Shown one piece after another: positions 31,584-40,584 of a DNA stretch of 64,000 nt. This DNA comes from Blastocatellia bacterium (GTDB lineage Bacteria > Acidobacteriota > Blastocatellia > RBC074). A model generated the notes under the pieces. The model was not told the origin of the DNA and made no database searches. It was given only the letters and a program-made list of their open reading frames with translations. How positions within the stretch are numbered: the stretch's first letter is position 1; each line of letters starts with the position of its first letter. The stretch covers positions 1,602 to 65,601 of the forward strand of contig JBBQVH010000022.1 in NCBI GenBank assembly GCA_038211695.1. The letters run 5' to 3'. Made by a program: the position numbers and the translations under genes.

Positions 31584-32788
31584 ATCGTCACGCCGCCGCA
31601 GACAGGAATGTCCGCGCCGGTAATGAAGTCCGCCGCATCAGAGCAAAGAAAGGCGACAGTGCGCGCGACGTCTTCGGGCGTGGCCAGACGGCGTAACGGA
31701 GTCTGCATCGCCTGTACTTTGCGCAGCCGTTCGGGCACGTCTGCGATCAGATCGGTTTCGGTCATGCCAGGAGAAACCAGATTGACGCGGATGCCTTTCG
31801 GCCCAAGTTCGACGGCCAGGGCGCGGGTGAATGCCTGAAGCGCGGCTTTGGCGGTGACGTAGCCGGCCAGATTTGCGGGCGGCGTGTTCCAGGCATAGAT
31901 CGAACCGATGTTGATGATCCGGCCTGATTGCGCTGCGAGCATTGCGGGCAAAGCGGCTTGCACGCAGTTGAAGGCGCCGCGCACCTGCGTGTCGAAATGC
32001 ATTTGCATCTCAGCCCATGAAGTTTCAGCAAACGGGCGCGCCTGAATCGCGCCGCTGGCGTTGTTGATCAGCACATCCACCGGCTTGCCAAAATGACTGG
32101 CCGCGCCATCCACCATTCGCTTGACGGCATCGGCGTCGGTCACGTCGGCTTGAATGGCGATGGCTTGGCCGCCGCCGGATTCGATGGCGCGCTGCACTTC
32201 ATTTGCGGCGGTTTCGTTTTTGATGAAGTTGATGACGACGCGGCAACCCGCCGCCGCCAGCCCGCGCGCGATGGCCGCGCCGATGCCGCGCGAACCACCG
32301 GTGACCAGGGCCACTCGTTCGCTGAGCGGCAGATCGCGAATCTGTTTTTTCTCTTCCAGTACCATAACGGTTCCCTCGCCTTCCAGGACGGTTTGGCCGT
32401 TTTGATTGACGGCGCTGACTTCAATGTTGAGCGTCCGCGTGCCTTCGGATTTATGCGTGACTTTCAGCGTGATCGAAATTTCGTCGCCGATGAAGACGGG
32501 TGAGCGCCAGCGGAAATTCTGCTGCGCCCACAGCGCACCCGGCCCCGGCAGATGCATTCCGACCAGCGTCGAAACGTAGCTGCCGATGATCATTCCGTGC
32601 GCGACGCGGCGCTGGAAGCTGGTGCGGCGCGCAAACTCCGCGTCCATATGCAGCGGATTGTAATCGCCCGAAAGTCTAGCGAAGGCATCCACGTCTTCGG
32701 CCAGAATCTTTTTGACCAGCCGGGCTTCGTCGCCAACGGTAATCTTGTCGAAGCTGGCGATCTGAATTGTCGGTTGCGCTGAAGTCAT
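31580..32788 (-). CDS. MaoC-like (hot-dog) dehydratase fused to short-chain dehydrogenase/reductase (FabG-like)
   Basis: N-terminal hot-dog segment (DYNPLHMD...) and C-terminal VALVTGGSRGIGAAIA Rossmann/SDR. ATG at 32788 (TTG alternative at 32797). Confidence 0.85.
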   Translation of the reverse strand: MTSAQPTIQIASFDKITVGDEARLVKKILAEDVDAFARLSGDYNPLHMDAEFARRTSFQRRVAHGMIIGSYVSTLVGMHLPGPGALWAQQNFRWRSPVFIGDEISITLKVTHKSEGTRTLNIEVSAVNQNGQTVLEGEGTVMVLEEKKQIRDLPLSERVALVTGGSRGIGAAIARGLAAAGCRVVINFIKNETAANEVQRAIESGGGQAIAIQADVTDADAVKRMVDGAASHFGKPVDVLINNASGAIQARPFAETSWAEMQMHFDTQVRGAFNCVQAALPAMLAAQSGRIINIGSIYAWNTPPANLAGYVTAKAALQAFTRALAVELGPKGIRVNLVSPGMTETDLIADVPERLRKVQAMQTPLRRLATPEDVARTVAFLCSDAADFITGADIPVCGGVTM

Positions 32789-32793
32789 TAGGT

Positions 32794-33849
32794 TCAAATC
32801 AGGTCGGATTCTTGCAGCAGGTGATCGGCGGCGACCGCGACGCGCAAGCGGCGGCCAAGCAATTCAGGCAGGCGCGCGGCGGGAATGCCTGTGCCGGGCT
32901 TTTTGAACGCCAGATCGCTTTCAGTCAGCTCCGCGCCAGCGGCCAATTCGCGGCGGGCGACAATGCTTTTGGTGAATAGTTGCCGCAGCGGATCGAGTTC
33001 CGCCGCCATCGCTTCCTTGTCAATCGGATGCGCCAGCGCTGTTTCAATGAAGCTCACACCGGCGACCAACTGCTTTAAGCCTTTGGTCGTGATTGAAGCA
33101 GGCACATCCGGGCCGAAGCATTCGCGCGAAAAGGTGACGTGGACTTCAATCAGGTTCGCGCCCAGCGTCGCCGCGCCAATCCCCGCGTAAATCGTCCCCG
33201 AATGATCGGACAAACCGACCGGGCATTGATAACGCTGGCGCAGTTGGGCGATGACGTTTAAGCCCAGCTTTTCCGGCGGGCACGGATACGCCGTCGTGCA
33301 TTGCAGAACGGCCACGGGCGCGCCGTTTTCGCGCACGCAATTGACCGCCGCATCCAGTTCATCCCATCCCGACATCCCGCTTGAAAGGATAACCAGTTTG
33401 CCCGTGCGCGCCATCTTTTCCAGCAGCGGCAGATTCGATGTTTCGCCCGCGCCAACCTTCCACGCGGGCACGCCGACACGTTCGAGCAAGTCCACCGCCT
33501 CAAACGAAAAGGCCGACGACAGAAATATCAAGCCACGTTCGCGCGCATGCTCGGCCAGCCCGTGCCATTGCTCTTCGGTGAACTCCATCCGCCGCCAGTA
33601 CTTGTAGCGGGTCGCATCTTGTTTACTGAATTTGATTCGCCAGGGTTCACCGGGCGTGCTTTCGGCGGCGGCAATGTGCGTTTGAAATTTGATGGCGTCC
33701 GCGCCCGCGTTCGCGACGGCGTCAATATAGGCGTGCGCCGTACCCAGGCTGCCATCGTGCGTTTGCGCGATCTCGGCAATGACGAGGCAATGATTCAGAA
33801 GGCGGTCAAAAATGTCTTGTTGTGCTGGCAAATCTTTTTCCTCAGCCAT
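32794..33849 (-). CDS. neuB: N-acylneuraminate (nonulosonate) synthase, NeuB family, with SAF domain
   Basis: IAEIAQTHDGSLGTAHAYIDAVANAGADAIKFQTH, plus a C-terminal SAF-like tail. Confidence 0.9.
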   Translation of the reverse strand: MAEEKDLPAQQDIFDRLLNHCLVIAEIAQTHDGSLGTAHAYIDAVANAGADAIKFQTHIAAAESTPGEPWRIKFSKQDATRYKYWRRMEFTEEQWHGLAEHARERGLIFLSSAFSFEAVDLLERVGVPAWKVGAGETSNLPLLEKMARTGKLVILSSGMSGWDELDAAVNCVRENGAPVAVLQCTTAYPCPPEKLGLNVIAQLRQRYQCPVGLSDHSGTIYAGIGAATLGANLIEVHVTFSRECFGPDVPASITTKGLKQLVAGVSFIETALAHPIDKEAMAAELDPLRQLFTKSIVARRELAAGAELTESDLAFKKPGTGIPAARLPELLGRRLRVAVAADHLLQESDLI

Positions 33850-34780
33850 GTCTGACGGCCAATGCCATTGCTTGGGCTTTGTCGGCGGGCAGGACGAGCG
33901 ATTGCGGACGCTTGAACTGCTCCGGCGCTTGCGAAGTCGGCGAGGTGAACATGCAGGTGTACATCAACCTGTCGTGAGTGCGCGCCAAACCGCCCTTGTG
34001 GTAACCAGCGGTATCGGCGAAGACGATCGTGCCTTTTTTGCCGATGCCGGCGACCCACCGTTCTCGCGGCACGATGGTGGCCATCTGATTGTCATTGGTG
34101 CGGCGGACGCCGTTTTCGACAAAGAACTCAGGCGTCCGGCGAATTGCGCCCTTGTGATGCGTGCCGGGCGCGTAGGTGAAAGGCCCCGCGCCTTCATCAA
34201 TGTCCATGAAGTAAACGAACAGTTTGAGAATCGAATGGTCTTCGCGATCACGATGCCAAAGCTGTGATTCACGGGCTTCGGTTTTGGTCGTCAGCGTGTG
34301 CCAGACGTTGTAATACCGCAGTTGTGTGTACATTCCGAAGTAGGCATTCGAGATTTGCAAAATTGGTTGCTGCAAAGCGAAGCGCGTATAAACGCCGTCA
34401 GGATCAAGGTGCGGCTGCTTTCCCAATAATTCGAAAAGGAAGGTCTTGTGGCTCGTGTTATAACTGTGGGCATTGGCGCGCTCAGTGGCGATTTGACCTG
34501 CCCAATCGTTCTCCAACTCATCAACCGCACGGCACAATTCATCAAAGCATGAAGTATTGCCGAAAAGCTTTTCGACCGAAGTGATCGCGATGCCGCTGTG
34601 GTTCAATTCATCAAGCACGCGATCAGCTTCGCCGTTGAGCGCCGGTTGAGCGTCCGGTTGATCGAATTGATAGGCCAGCGTTGATTTCAGATTGAATCCG
34701 TAACGCCATGTCGGCGTGAAGTGCCTGCCCGCGTAGGCGATCTTGCGTCGAATCAATTTGGGATAGCTTGATAATTCCAT
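33842..34780 (-). CDS. Phytanoyl-CoA dioxygenase (PhyH)-like Fe(II)/2-oxoglutarate oxygenase
   Basis: QLWHRDREDH ... GPFTYAPGTHHKG (HxD...H facial-triad pattern). Confidence 0.65.
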   Translation of the reverse strand: MELSSYPKLIRRKIAYAGRHFTPTWRYGFNLKSTLAYQFDQPDAQPALNGEADRVLDELNHSGIAITSVEKLFGNTSCFDELCRAVDELENDWAGQIATERANAHSYNTSHKTFLFELLGKQPHLDPDGVYTRFALQQPILQISNAYFGMYTQLRYYNVWHTLTTKTEARESQLWHRDREDHSILKLFVYFMDIDEGAGPFTYAPGTHHKGAIRRTPEFFVENGVRRTNDNQMATIVPRERWVAGIGKKGTIVFADTAGYHKGGLARTHDRLMYTCMFTSPTSQAPEQFKRPQSLVLPADKAQAMALAVRHG

Positions 34781-34804
34781 CGTGCGAGACCTTTGAAGAG
34801 ATTG

Positions 34805-35734
34805 CTAGACGATGTCCGCGAAGGTTTTTTCCATCCGGCGAAAGTAAAACGCGCCGCCCGCCAAAATCAATACGGAGACGAGAGAAGAAACAATCAGTAA
34901 TTTGCCTGGGGCCGAATTCGTGCCGAGCAATGCCCAACGAAACCCTTCGACCACGCCCGCCATTGGATTCAAGCCATAGACCGTGCGCCAGGGTTCGCGG
35001 ATGGCACTGCTGGGATAAGCGATCGGCGTAGCCAGCATCCAGAACTGAGCCAAAAACGGTACGACGTAACGCACGTCACGGTACTGCACATTCAGCGCTG
35101 ACAGCCACAAGCCCACGCCGAGCGATGCGACAATCGTCAGCAATAAGAAAAACGGCAGATAGATAATTTGCCATGACGGAACGATGCCGTAATAGAGCAT
35201 CATCAACATCAGCAGCCCGAATGCCAGCAGCACATCAATGATGCCCGAAAACACCGTTGCCAGTGGGATCGTCAAGCGCGGGAAGTAGACCTTGGTGATC
35301 AGATTGGAACTGCCGACCAGACTGTTGGAGGATTGCGTCAAGCCGTTGGCAAAAAACGTCCACGGTACGAGCGCAGCAAAACAGAAGATCGGGCGTGGCA
35401 GGCCGTCCGATGAAATTTTCCCCAGGCTGCTGATAAAGGTGAAAACCAGCATGGTTAGAAATGGCTGCAAGATCGCCCAGACCACGCCCAAGGCGGTCTG
35501 TTTGTAGCGTACCTTGATGTCGCGCCAGGTCAGAAAGTAGAGCAGTTCGCGGTATTCCCACAGTTCGCGCAGTCTGAGGGAAACCCAGCCGCGCGATGGT
35601 TCGATGCGATGTATGGGAAGCTCTTCCATTGAATTGATAACCTTGTGTGTGGCGACCTTGCGGTCGGCTTGAAGCTCGGCCTGAAGCCCTGATTGAGTGG
35701 AAACGGATGTTTTGACTTCGCTGATTGAGTTCAC
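34805..35734 (-). CDS. wzm: ABC-2 type polysaccharide export permease (Wzm-like)
   Basis: LWEYRELLYFLTWRDIKVRYKQTALGVVWAILQPFL signature and 6 TM segments. The GTG track start is 35734. ATG 35629 would give a typical 274 aa. Confidence 0.85.
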   Translation of the reverse strand: MNSISEVKTSVSTQSGLQAELQADRKVATHKVINSMEELPIHRIEPSRGWVSLRLRELWEYRELLYFLTWRDIKVRYKQTALGVVWAILQPFLTMLVFTFISSLGKISSDGLPRPIFCFAALVPWTFFANGLTQSSNSLVGSSNLITKVYFPRLTIPLATVFSGIIDVLLAFGLLMLMMLYYGIVPSWQIIYLPFFLLLTIVASLGVGLWLSALNVQYRDVRYVVPFLAQFWMLATPIAYPSSAIREPWRTVYGLNPMAGVVEGFRWALLGTNSAPGKLLIVSSLVSVLILAGGAFYFRRMEKTFADIV

Positions 35735-36244
35735 AGGAATAAATGATGTCTGGCGTGTCGCGTCACAAATGCCCCGGATATTAAAGACACTTCGGCGCGT
35801 AGCAACCAGACCGTAAAGGAAACCTCATGTCGAGGCAGCATTAGGTTATCAAGCGGTTATCAAGATCACGGCTTGGCGCCGATTCAGGACATTGCAAAAT
35901 TACAACGGTAAAGAAAGCCGCCACGCCAACCAAATAGCACCAGTAGCAAAAGATAATTTTACGGATTTGGTTTTCCGTCAAGGCGGTCAAATCCTGCAAG
36001 GCAATTATCGAACTCGCAAATCATCATAAGAGAGACTAACTGAAACGTCAGGTGGGGGTGGAAGCGGGTCGTGATTCTCGGGTGGCCGGTGAGAATCAGG
36101 TTTGATCGGGGCGTCGTGGCAGGCCGTAGAGCTTGCTCGCCACGAGTCGGCATTATACATGCCGACCTTCTTCTGTAAACAAGTTTTTTAATCTTTGCGG
36201 ATTGCCACGGCATCATCTCATTGTTCGTACAAAACAAGTGAGGG

Positions 36245-36305
36245 CGCAAAAACACAGAGGCCCTGCGAGAGATGTATCTCTCGCAGGGCCTCTGTGTTTT
36301 TGCGC
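36245..36305 (-). terminator. Perfect 61-nt palindrome, intrinsic (bidirectional) terminator after the 36317..39868 gene
   Basis: GCGCAAAAACACAGAGGCCCTGCGAGAGAT-gt-ATCTCTCGCAGGGCCTCTGTGTTTTTGCGC. GC-rich stem flanked by an A-run and a T-run, 12 nt past the stop. Confidence 0.85.
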
Positions 36306-36316
36306 TGTTTTAGGCG

Positions 36317-39300
36317 TTATTGCGACACGTAGTTGCTACGCGACAGTTTGGCGCTTGTGCCATTTGGATTGGTCACGACAGCATCGCGATTGCCAAACGG
36401 GGTCTTTTGCGTCGTTTTGGCGTTCAGCATAATGGTGTCTTCCTCAATGCTGACAACGGTGACGGTGATTTGTGATCCGCCCTGGCAGAAGGAAGTGCAA
36501 TCAAAGCGCACCTGCGTCCCCTGAGTGAAACCAGTGCCTGTGACAGTCATCGTGATCGTGTTAAATGTCGAAAGCTTGGCCGGGCTGGCGCTGATGATGG
36601 TCAGCGGACGCGGCAGCACTTCGATGGATTGGGGCGCGGTCGTGCTGACTCCGCCTTTGCCGTCAGAGACGGTCAGCGTGATCGAGTGAATGCCGACCGG
36701 CAGCGTGGCGTTGACGATTGCGCCTTCTGCAATGACGGCATCGCCATCTTTCCAAACATAGCTCAGCGGGTCCAGGTCAGGGTCGCTGGATTGCGAACCG
36801 TTCAGTTGAACCGTTGCGCCTTGCTTGCTGGTGGCTTGAGCAGTTGCATCCAACGGCGCCATTCGGGCGGTTGGCGCATTATTGGTGTTGCCGCCGCCGC
36901 CGCCGCCGCCGCCATCACCCGGGCCAGGGCCGCCGCCAGGGCCATTACCACTGCCCGTGTCGTCATTTTCGACATCGCTGAGTTGAATGCGGAAGTACAG
37001 GGTGTAATACGAACCACCTTTACCATCCGTCGCGACAATGCGGACGTTGGTTGCCACAGCCTGATCGCCTTGATGCGGCGTCAGGATCAGCTTCGCCTGA
37101 CGCGCGACCGGGTCAATTGCGTCCAGCCGCGCGTAGGCGGGCGCGCCTTGCAGCGCGAAGATGACAGGGTCGTTGTCAGCGTCCGTCGCCTGCAGCGTAA
37201 TCTCGCGCTGTTTATCCACGATCACGTATTGATCGTTCAGATTGGCCGTGACGGGCAGTTTATTGCCTGCCGTGCCGCCCGTCTGCGGGAAGTTGCCACC
37301 GCCTTTTTTGACCTCAACCTCCATCGTCGCCTTTGTTTCGTTGCCTGCGTTGTCACGCGCGGTGAAGATGACCGTGGTTTTGCCAATCGGGAAAAGGTAG
37401 CTTGGCAACACCGAAGATTTGACTGGCACGTTGCCGTCCACAGCGTCGTAGGCCACGGGCAGCGGATACGTCACTGTTGAGCCAACGTTCGATGCCGTGG
37501 TCTTGCTGATTTTCGAAGGGATGCCGCTCATCACCGGCGCTGTCGAATCGAAGACTTCCATCAGCGTGAACCTGGGTTCACTCGATAGCGCACTGCCATC
37601 TGTGACGATCAGTTTTAGGGTATGAGAGCCAATGCCCAGACGGTAGTCCGAGATCGGAGCGCTCGAAATGAGCGTTTCGCCGTCGTACCACTTGTAGGTC
37701 AGCGGATCGCCCTCATCGGGATCGGTCGAACTGCGGCCATCCAGACGAACAATTGTGCCGGTAATGCCGCGCGCTTCAATGCCATAGTTGATCGTTTCAA
37801 AATTGGCCGTTGGCGCGTGGTTGTTCGGATTGGTGGACGCCGTTTTCAGCAGATAACTGTCCGTCGTCGCCAGAATGTGCAGCGTCACGCCGCCTTTCAA
37901 TCCACCCGTCCAATTCGAACTAACGGTTTGGGCGGTGAACGGAGTGTTCGGCAGGTTGGTTGCCCAAGCGAAGATCGGCGTGCCGGGCGTCAGCTTCATC
38001 CAGCCACGATGGCCTTTCAGAATCGTGCTGGTAATTGGTTGTGCGTTGATCGAAGGCTTCAAATTCCCGACCCGGACTTCCAATCCGCCGGCGGTTGCTG
38101 ACGCGGCTGCCAATAGTTCGTCAATGACCGTCGAGACCACAGAGCCGCGTGTGTTCACCGGATCAAGTATGTTCGCCGGGGGACGCGCGTAACCGAGCAT
38201 CGTCGTATTGTCCTGCTGACTGGGCAGACCAGCGATCGCCAGCGTCGCGGGCAGGCGGTCGTAGTTTTGGTCGTCGAACTTGAGATTTGAAGTTTGAACG
38301 TCCTCGTTGCGTGGCACTGTGCCGGGCGCGTTCTTGGCCACTGCCAGTGCGTTGTATCCGAAGGATGCGCCGTTTTGCTCTTTAACCCGCGCGCTGCCGA
38401 TCAGGAAGTTGAAATTGAGCGGCAGTGCGCGCGCGTCAATCGCCATCGCGAAGAGCCAGCCTTTCTGATTCGCCGCAAAATCCTGCGGATTGATTGTCGT
38501 CGTTTGATTCGGGAAGAGGCTGATGATCGTGTCGGTCATCAGCGTTGAGTCGGCCAGGCCGGTGAAAAAGACCCGCACGCGGACTTTCTGGGTCGGGTGC
38601 GTATTGGTGATGACAATCTGCGAATTGCCGAAGACTCCACTGGTGAAGCGTGAAAAGATGAGTGCGCTGCCCGCCTTCATCTCGCTGGCGCCAAGCGAAC
38701 CGGCAGGCGCATCCGGCAGATTCGAAGTCGCCACATTATTGGCCGGAATTGGCGGCGTGCTGATCGGCACATTCATGCTGAACGAATCCAATCGGCTGAG
38801 CACCTGCATATGGCGCGCGCTGTTATGTGCTTCGCCAAGGCCATCAGTGAGGCTGACGCCGAGCAGGGGAACAGGCGTGCCTTCGACTTGCGCGGCGAAA
38901 CTGCCCCAGCCTGCGCGCTCCGGTGTGATGAAACTGTTCAACGTAGGAACCGTCCAGATGTTGCTGACCTGAGCGTTTAAGCCACAGACTGTATCTACGA
39001 TTTGAGGAAATGGTCTGCCACTTTGATCATACGCAATCGCGGTCACCCTCAATGCCTGCGAAGCATTGCCGCCTAAATCCGCCAGAGGACTGAAAAGCGA
39101 GACATCCGTGCGAACGGCGCTCTGCGGTGTCGGACCAAGAGTCGGATCTTGATTCTGAATCTGATCCAGTGCAATCGCCTGCGGCAGCCGGTCATAATCC
39201 GTATCGTTAAACTTGATCGCCGCGCTGATCGCGCCTTCGGCCACAGTGACAGCACCCCCTGTGCGTTTGGCCACGCCGACCGCGTTGTAGCTCGCTTCGT

Positions 39301-39868
39301 GGCCATTGACGTCGCGCCCCGTGATAATGCTTGCGCTGCCGATGAGCCAGTTGAATTGCGTGGGAATCCCTTGCGAATTGACGGCGGTAACGATCATGTA
39401 GCCGGTCTTGCCCGGATCTTCCGTGCTGGCCAGCAGGGTGCGGGTCTGGTTGGCAGTCAAGTTCAGAAACGTGCTGTTGACCTGGCAATCGCGGACGAAG
39501 AACACGCGGACGGTGACGCCGTCGCGCGGATTGGTGTTGGTCAGCGAAATGATCGTGTTGACGCCACTCGGATTCGAATTGTTGCTGGTGTATTTCGGCA
39601 GGAAGAGCAGGCTTCCGGCCTTCGTGTTGCTCGCCGCGCTCTTTGGCGCGTTCGATCCAACCTGCGGAACGCCTGGCCCAACCGATGGCTGATCGTTTTG
39701 AATTGCGGTCAGCAGTGTAGAGGCCGCCGCCGGGCGCGCAATCATCAATGCTGTTAATGACGCGGCCACCAGTCCCAACGTCATCAGAAAAGCAGCAGCT
39801 TTGCGGGAAAAGATAAAGTGAGAGCGTGTGTATTTCATTGGTCTAAATCTGTGAGGGTTGAACTGCAT
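36317..39868 (-). CDS. Large secreted protein: duplicated unknown N-terminal module + PKD, HYR, Ig-like and C-terminal IPT/TIG-like domains
   Basis: 1183 aa with a signal peptide (AAFLMTLGLVAASLTALMIARPAAAS). PKD-like (DGRSSTDPDEGDPLTYKWYDG; NGSQSSDPDLDPLSYVWKDG). HYR-like (DSTAPVMSG...TVIFTARDNAGNETKATMEV). GAGGAG SD before ATG 39868. Confidence 0.8.
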   Translation of the reverse strand: MQFNPHRFRPMKYTRSHFIFSRKAAAFLMTLGLVAASLTALMIARPAAASTLLTAIQNDQPSVGPGVPQVGSNAPKSAASNTKAGSLLFLPKYTSNNSNPSGVNTIISLTNTNPRDGVTVRVFFVRDCQVNSTFLNLTANQTRTLLASTEDPGKTGYMIVTAVNSQGIPTQFNWLIGSASIITGRDVNGHEASYNAVGVAKRTGGAVTVAEGAISAAIKFNDTDYDRLPQAIALDQIQNQDPTLGPTPQSAVRTDVSLFSPLADLGGNASQALRVTAIAYDQSGRPFPQIVDTVCGLNAQVSNIWTVPTLNSFITPERAGWGSFAAQVEGTPVPLLGVSLTDGLGEAHNSARHMQVLSRLDSFSMNVPISTPPIPANNVATSNLPDAPAGSLGASEMKAGSALIFSRFTSGVFGNSQIVITNTHPTQKVRVRVFFTGLADSTLMTDTIISLFPNQTTTINPQDFAANQKGWLFAMAIDARALPLNFNFLIGSARVKEQNGASFGYNALAVAKNAPGTVPRNEDVQTSNLKFDDQNYDRLPATLAIAGLPSQQDNTTMLGYARPPANILDPVNTRGSVVSTVIDELLAAASATAGGLEVRVGNLKPSINAQPITSTILKGHRGWMKLTPGTPIFAWATNLPNTPFTAQTVSSNWTGGLKGGVTLHILATTDSYLLKTASTNPNNHAPTANFETINYGIEARGITGTIVRLDGRSSTDPDEGDPLTYKWYDGETLISSAPISDYRLGIGSHTLKLIVTDGSALSSEPRFTLMEVFDSTAPVMSGIPSKISKTTASNVGSTVTYPLPVAYDAVDGNVPVKSSVLPSYLFPIGKTTVIFTARDNAGNETKATMEVEVKKGGGNFPQTGGTAGNKLPVTANLNDQYVIVDKQREITLQATDADNDPVIFALQGAPAYARLDAIDPVARQAKLILTPHQGDQAVATNVRIVATDGKGGSYYTLYFRIQLSDVENDDTGSGNGPGGGPGPGDGGGGGGGGNTNNAPTARMAPLDATAQATSKQGATVQLNGSQSSDPDLDPLSYVWKDGDAVIAEGAIVNATLPVGIHSITLTVSDGKGGVSTTAPQSIEVLPRPLTIISASPAKLSTFNTITMTVTGTGFTQGTQVRFDCTSFCQGGSQITVTVVSIEEDTIMLNAKTTQKTPFGNRDAVVTNPNGTSAKLSRSNYVSQ
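36890..36913 (-). repeat. (GCC)8 trinucleotide tract encoding Gly8 in a Gly/Pro linker
   Basis: gccgccgccgccgccgccgccgcc on the + strand, equal to GGC x8 in the gene frame (…GDGGGGGGGGNTNN…). Confidence 0.9.
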
Positions 39869-40511
39869 AATAAAAATCTCCTCGTCAGCGATAAGCTCAA
39901 AGACGGCTCAAAGCAGGTGCCCGAAAAGAGACGTCAACTTTGGCGAATGAATGAATATTGAAATAAAGAGATAACGAGGGGTCGGGAATGGTTTTTTATG
40001 AAACGGCTGATCGCAGGTTCGACGCCGCACCGGTCCGAATGAACGTCTGCACCAACAGGTGCCAAGGTTAAACGATCAATCACCACGCCAATTGTCATCT
40101 ACGCCATCCCAGCAGGAATGGCCGCACGTTCGGCATCGTTTCTAATCGGGTGTGATCTGGTGATAGAGAATCACAAGGGCAAGCATAAATACTCAATAAA
40201 CAATATCTGGATAACACCCATTTTGGCCTACGCCTGAATGATCGGATGCAAATTTGAATTGAGATGCGCTTGATGCTGGGCAGGCGGTCAAGCTCGATTG
40301 GTTGATGTCCGCAGATCGGGGTACGGAAGAGTAGGTCAAGGTGCTGTTAGCGTTGTGGCAAATTGCCGTGAGGTCACGCTCAGCGGGGCGGAGAGTAGCA
40401 TAAGCCTTTAGGCGTCGCAAGATATTTTGCAGTCAGCGTTTCCAGGCTTTTCTGAGGCGTTAGATTAAATGCTGCGGACGGCTCCATCGCAGTGAGCAAG
40501 AGTGGGCGAAC

Positions 40512-40537
40512 AAAAAAAGGAGGCATTGGCTGCCCCC
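40512..40537 (-). terminator. Probable intrinsic terminator of htrA
   Basis: The minus strand reads GGGGGCA-gccaa-TGCCTCC followed by TTTTTTTG, about 50 nt past the stop. Confidence 0.55.
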
Positions 40538-40584
40538 TTTTGACCCTCATTTTGAACCGGGAGTTTGATGCTCCGGCCTTGTTA

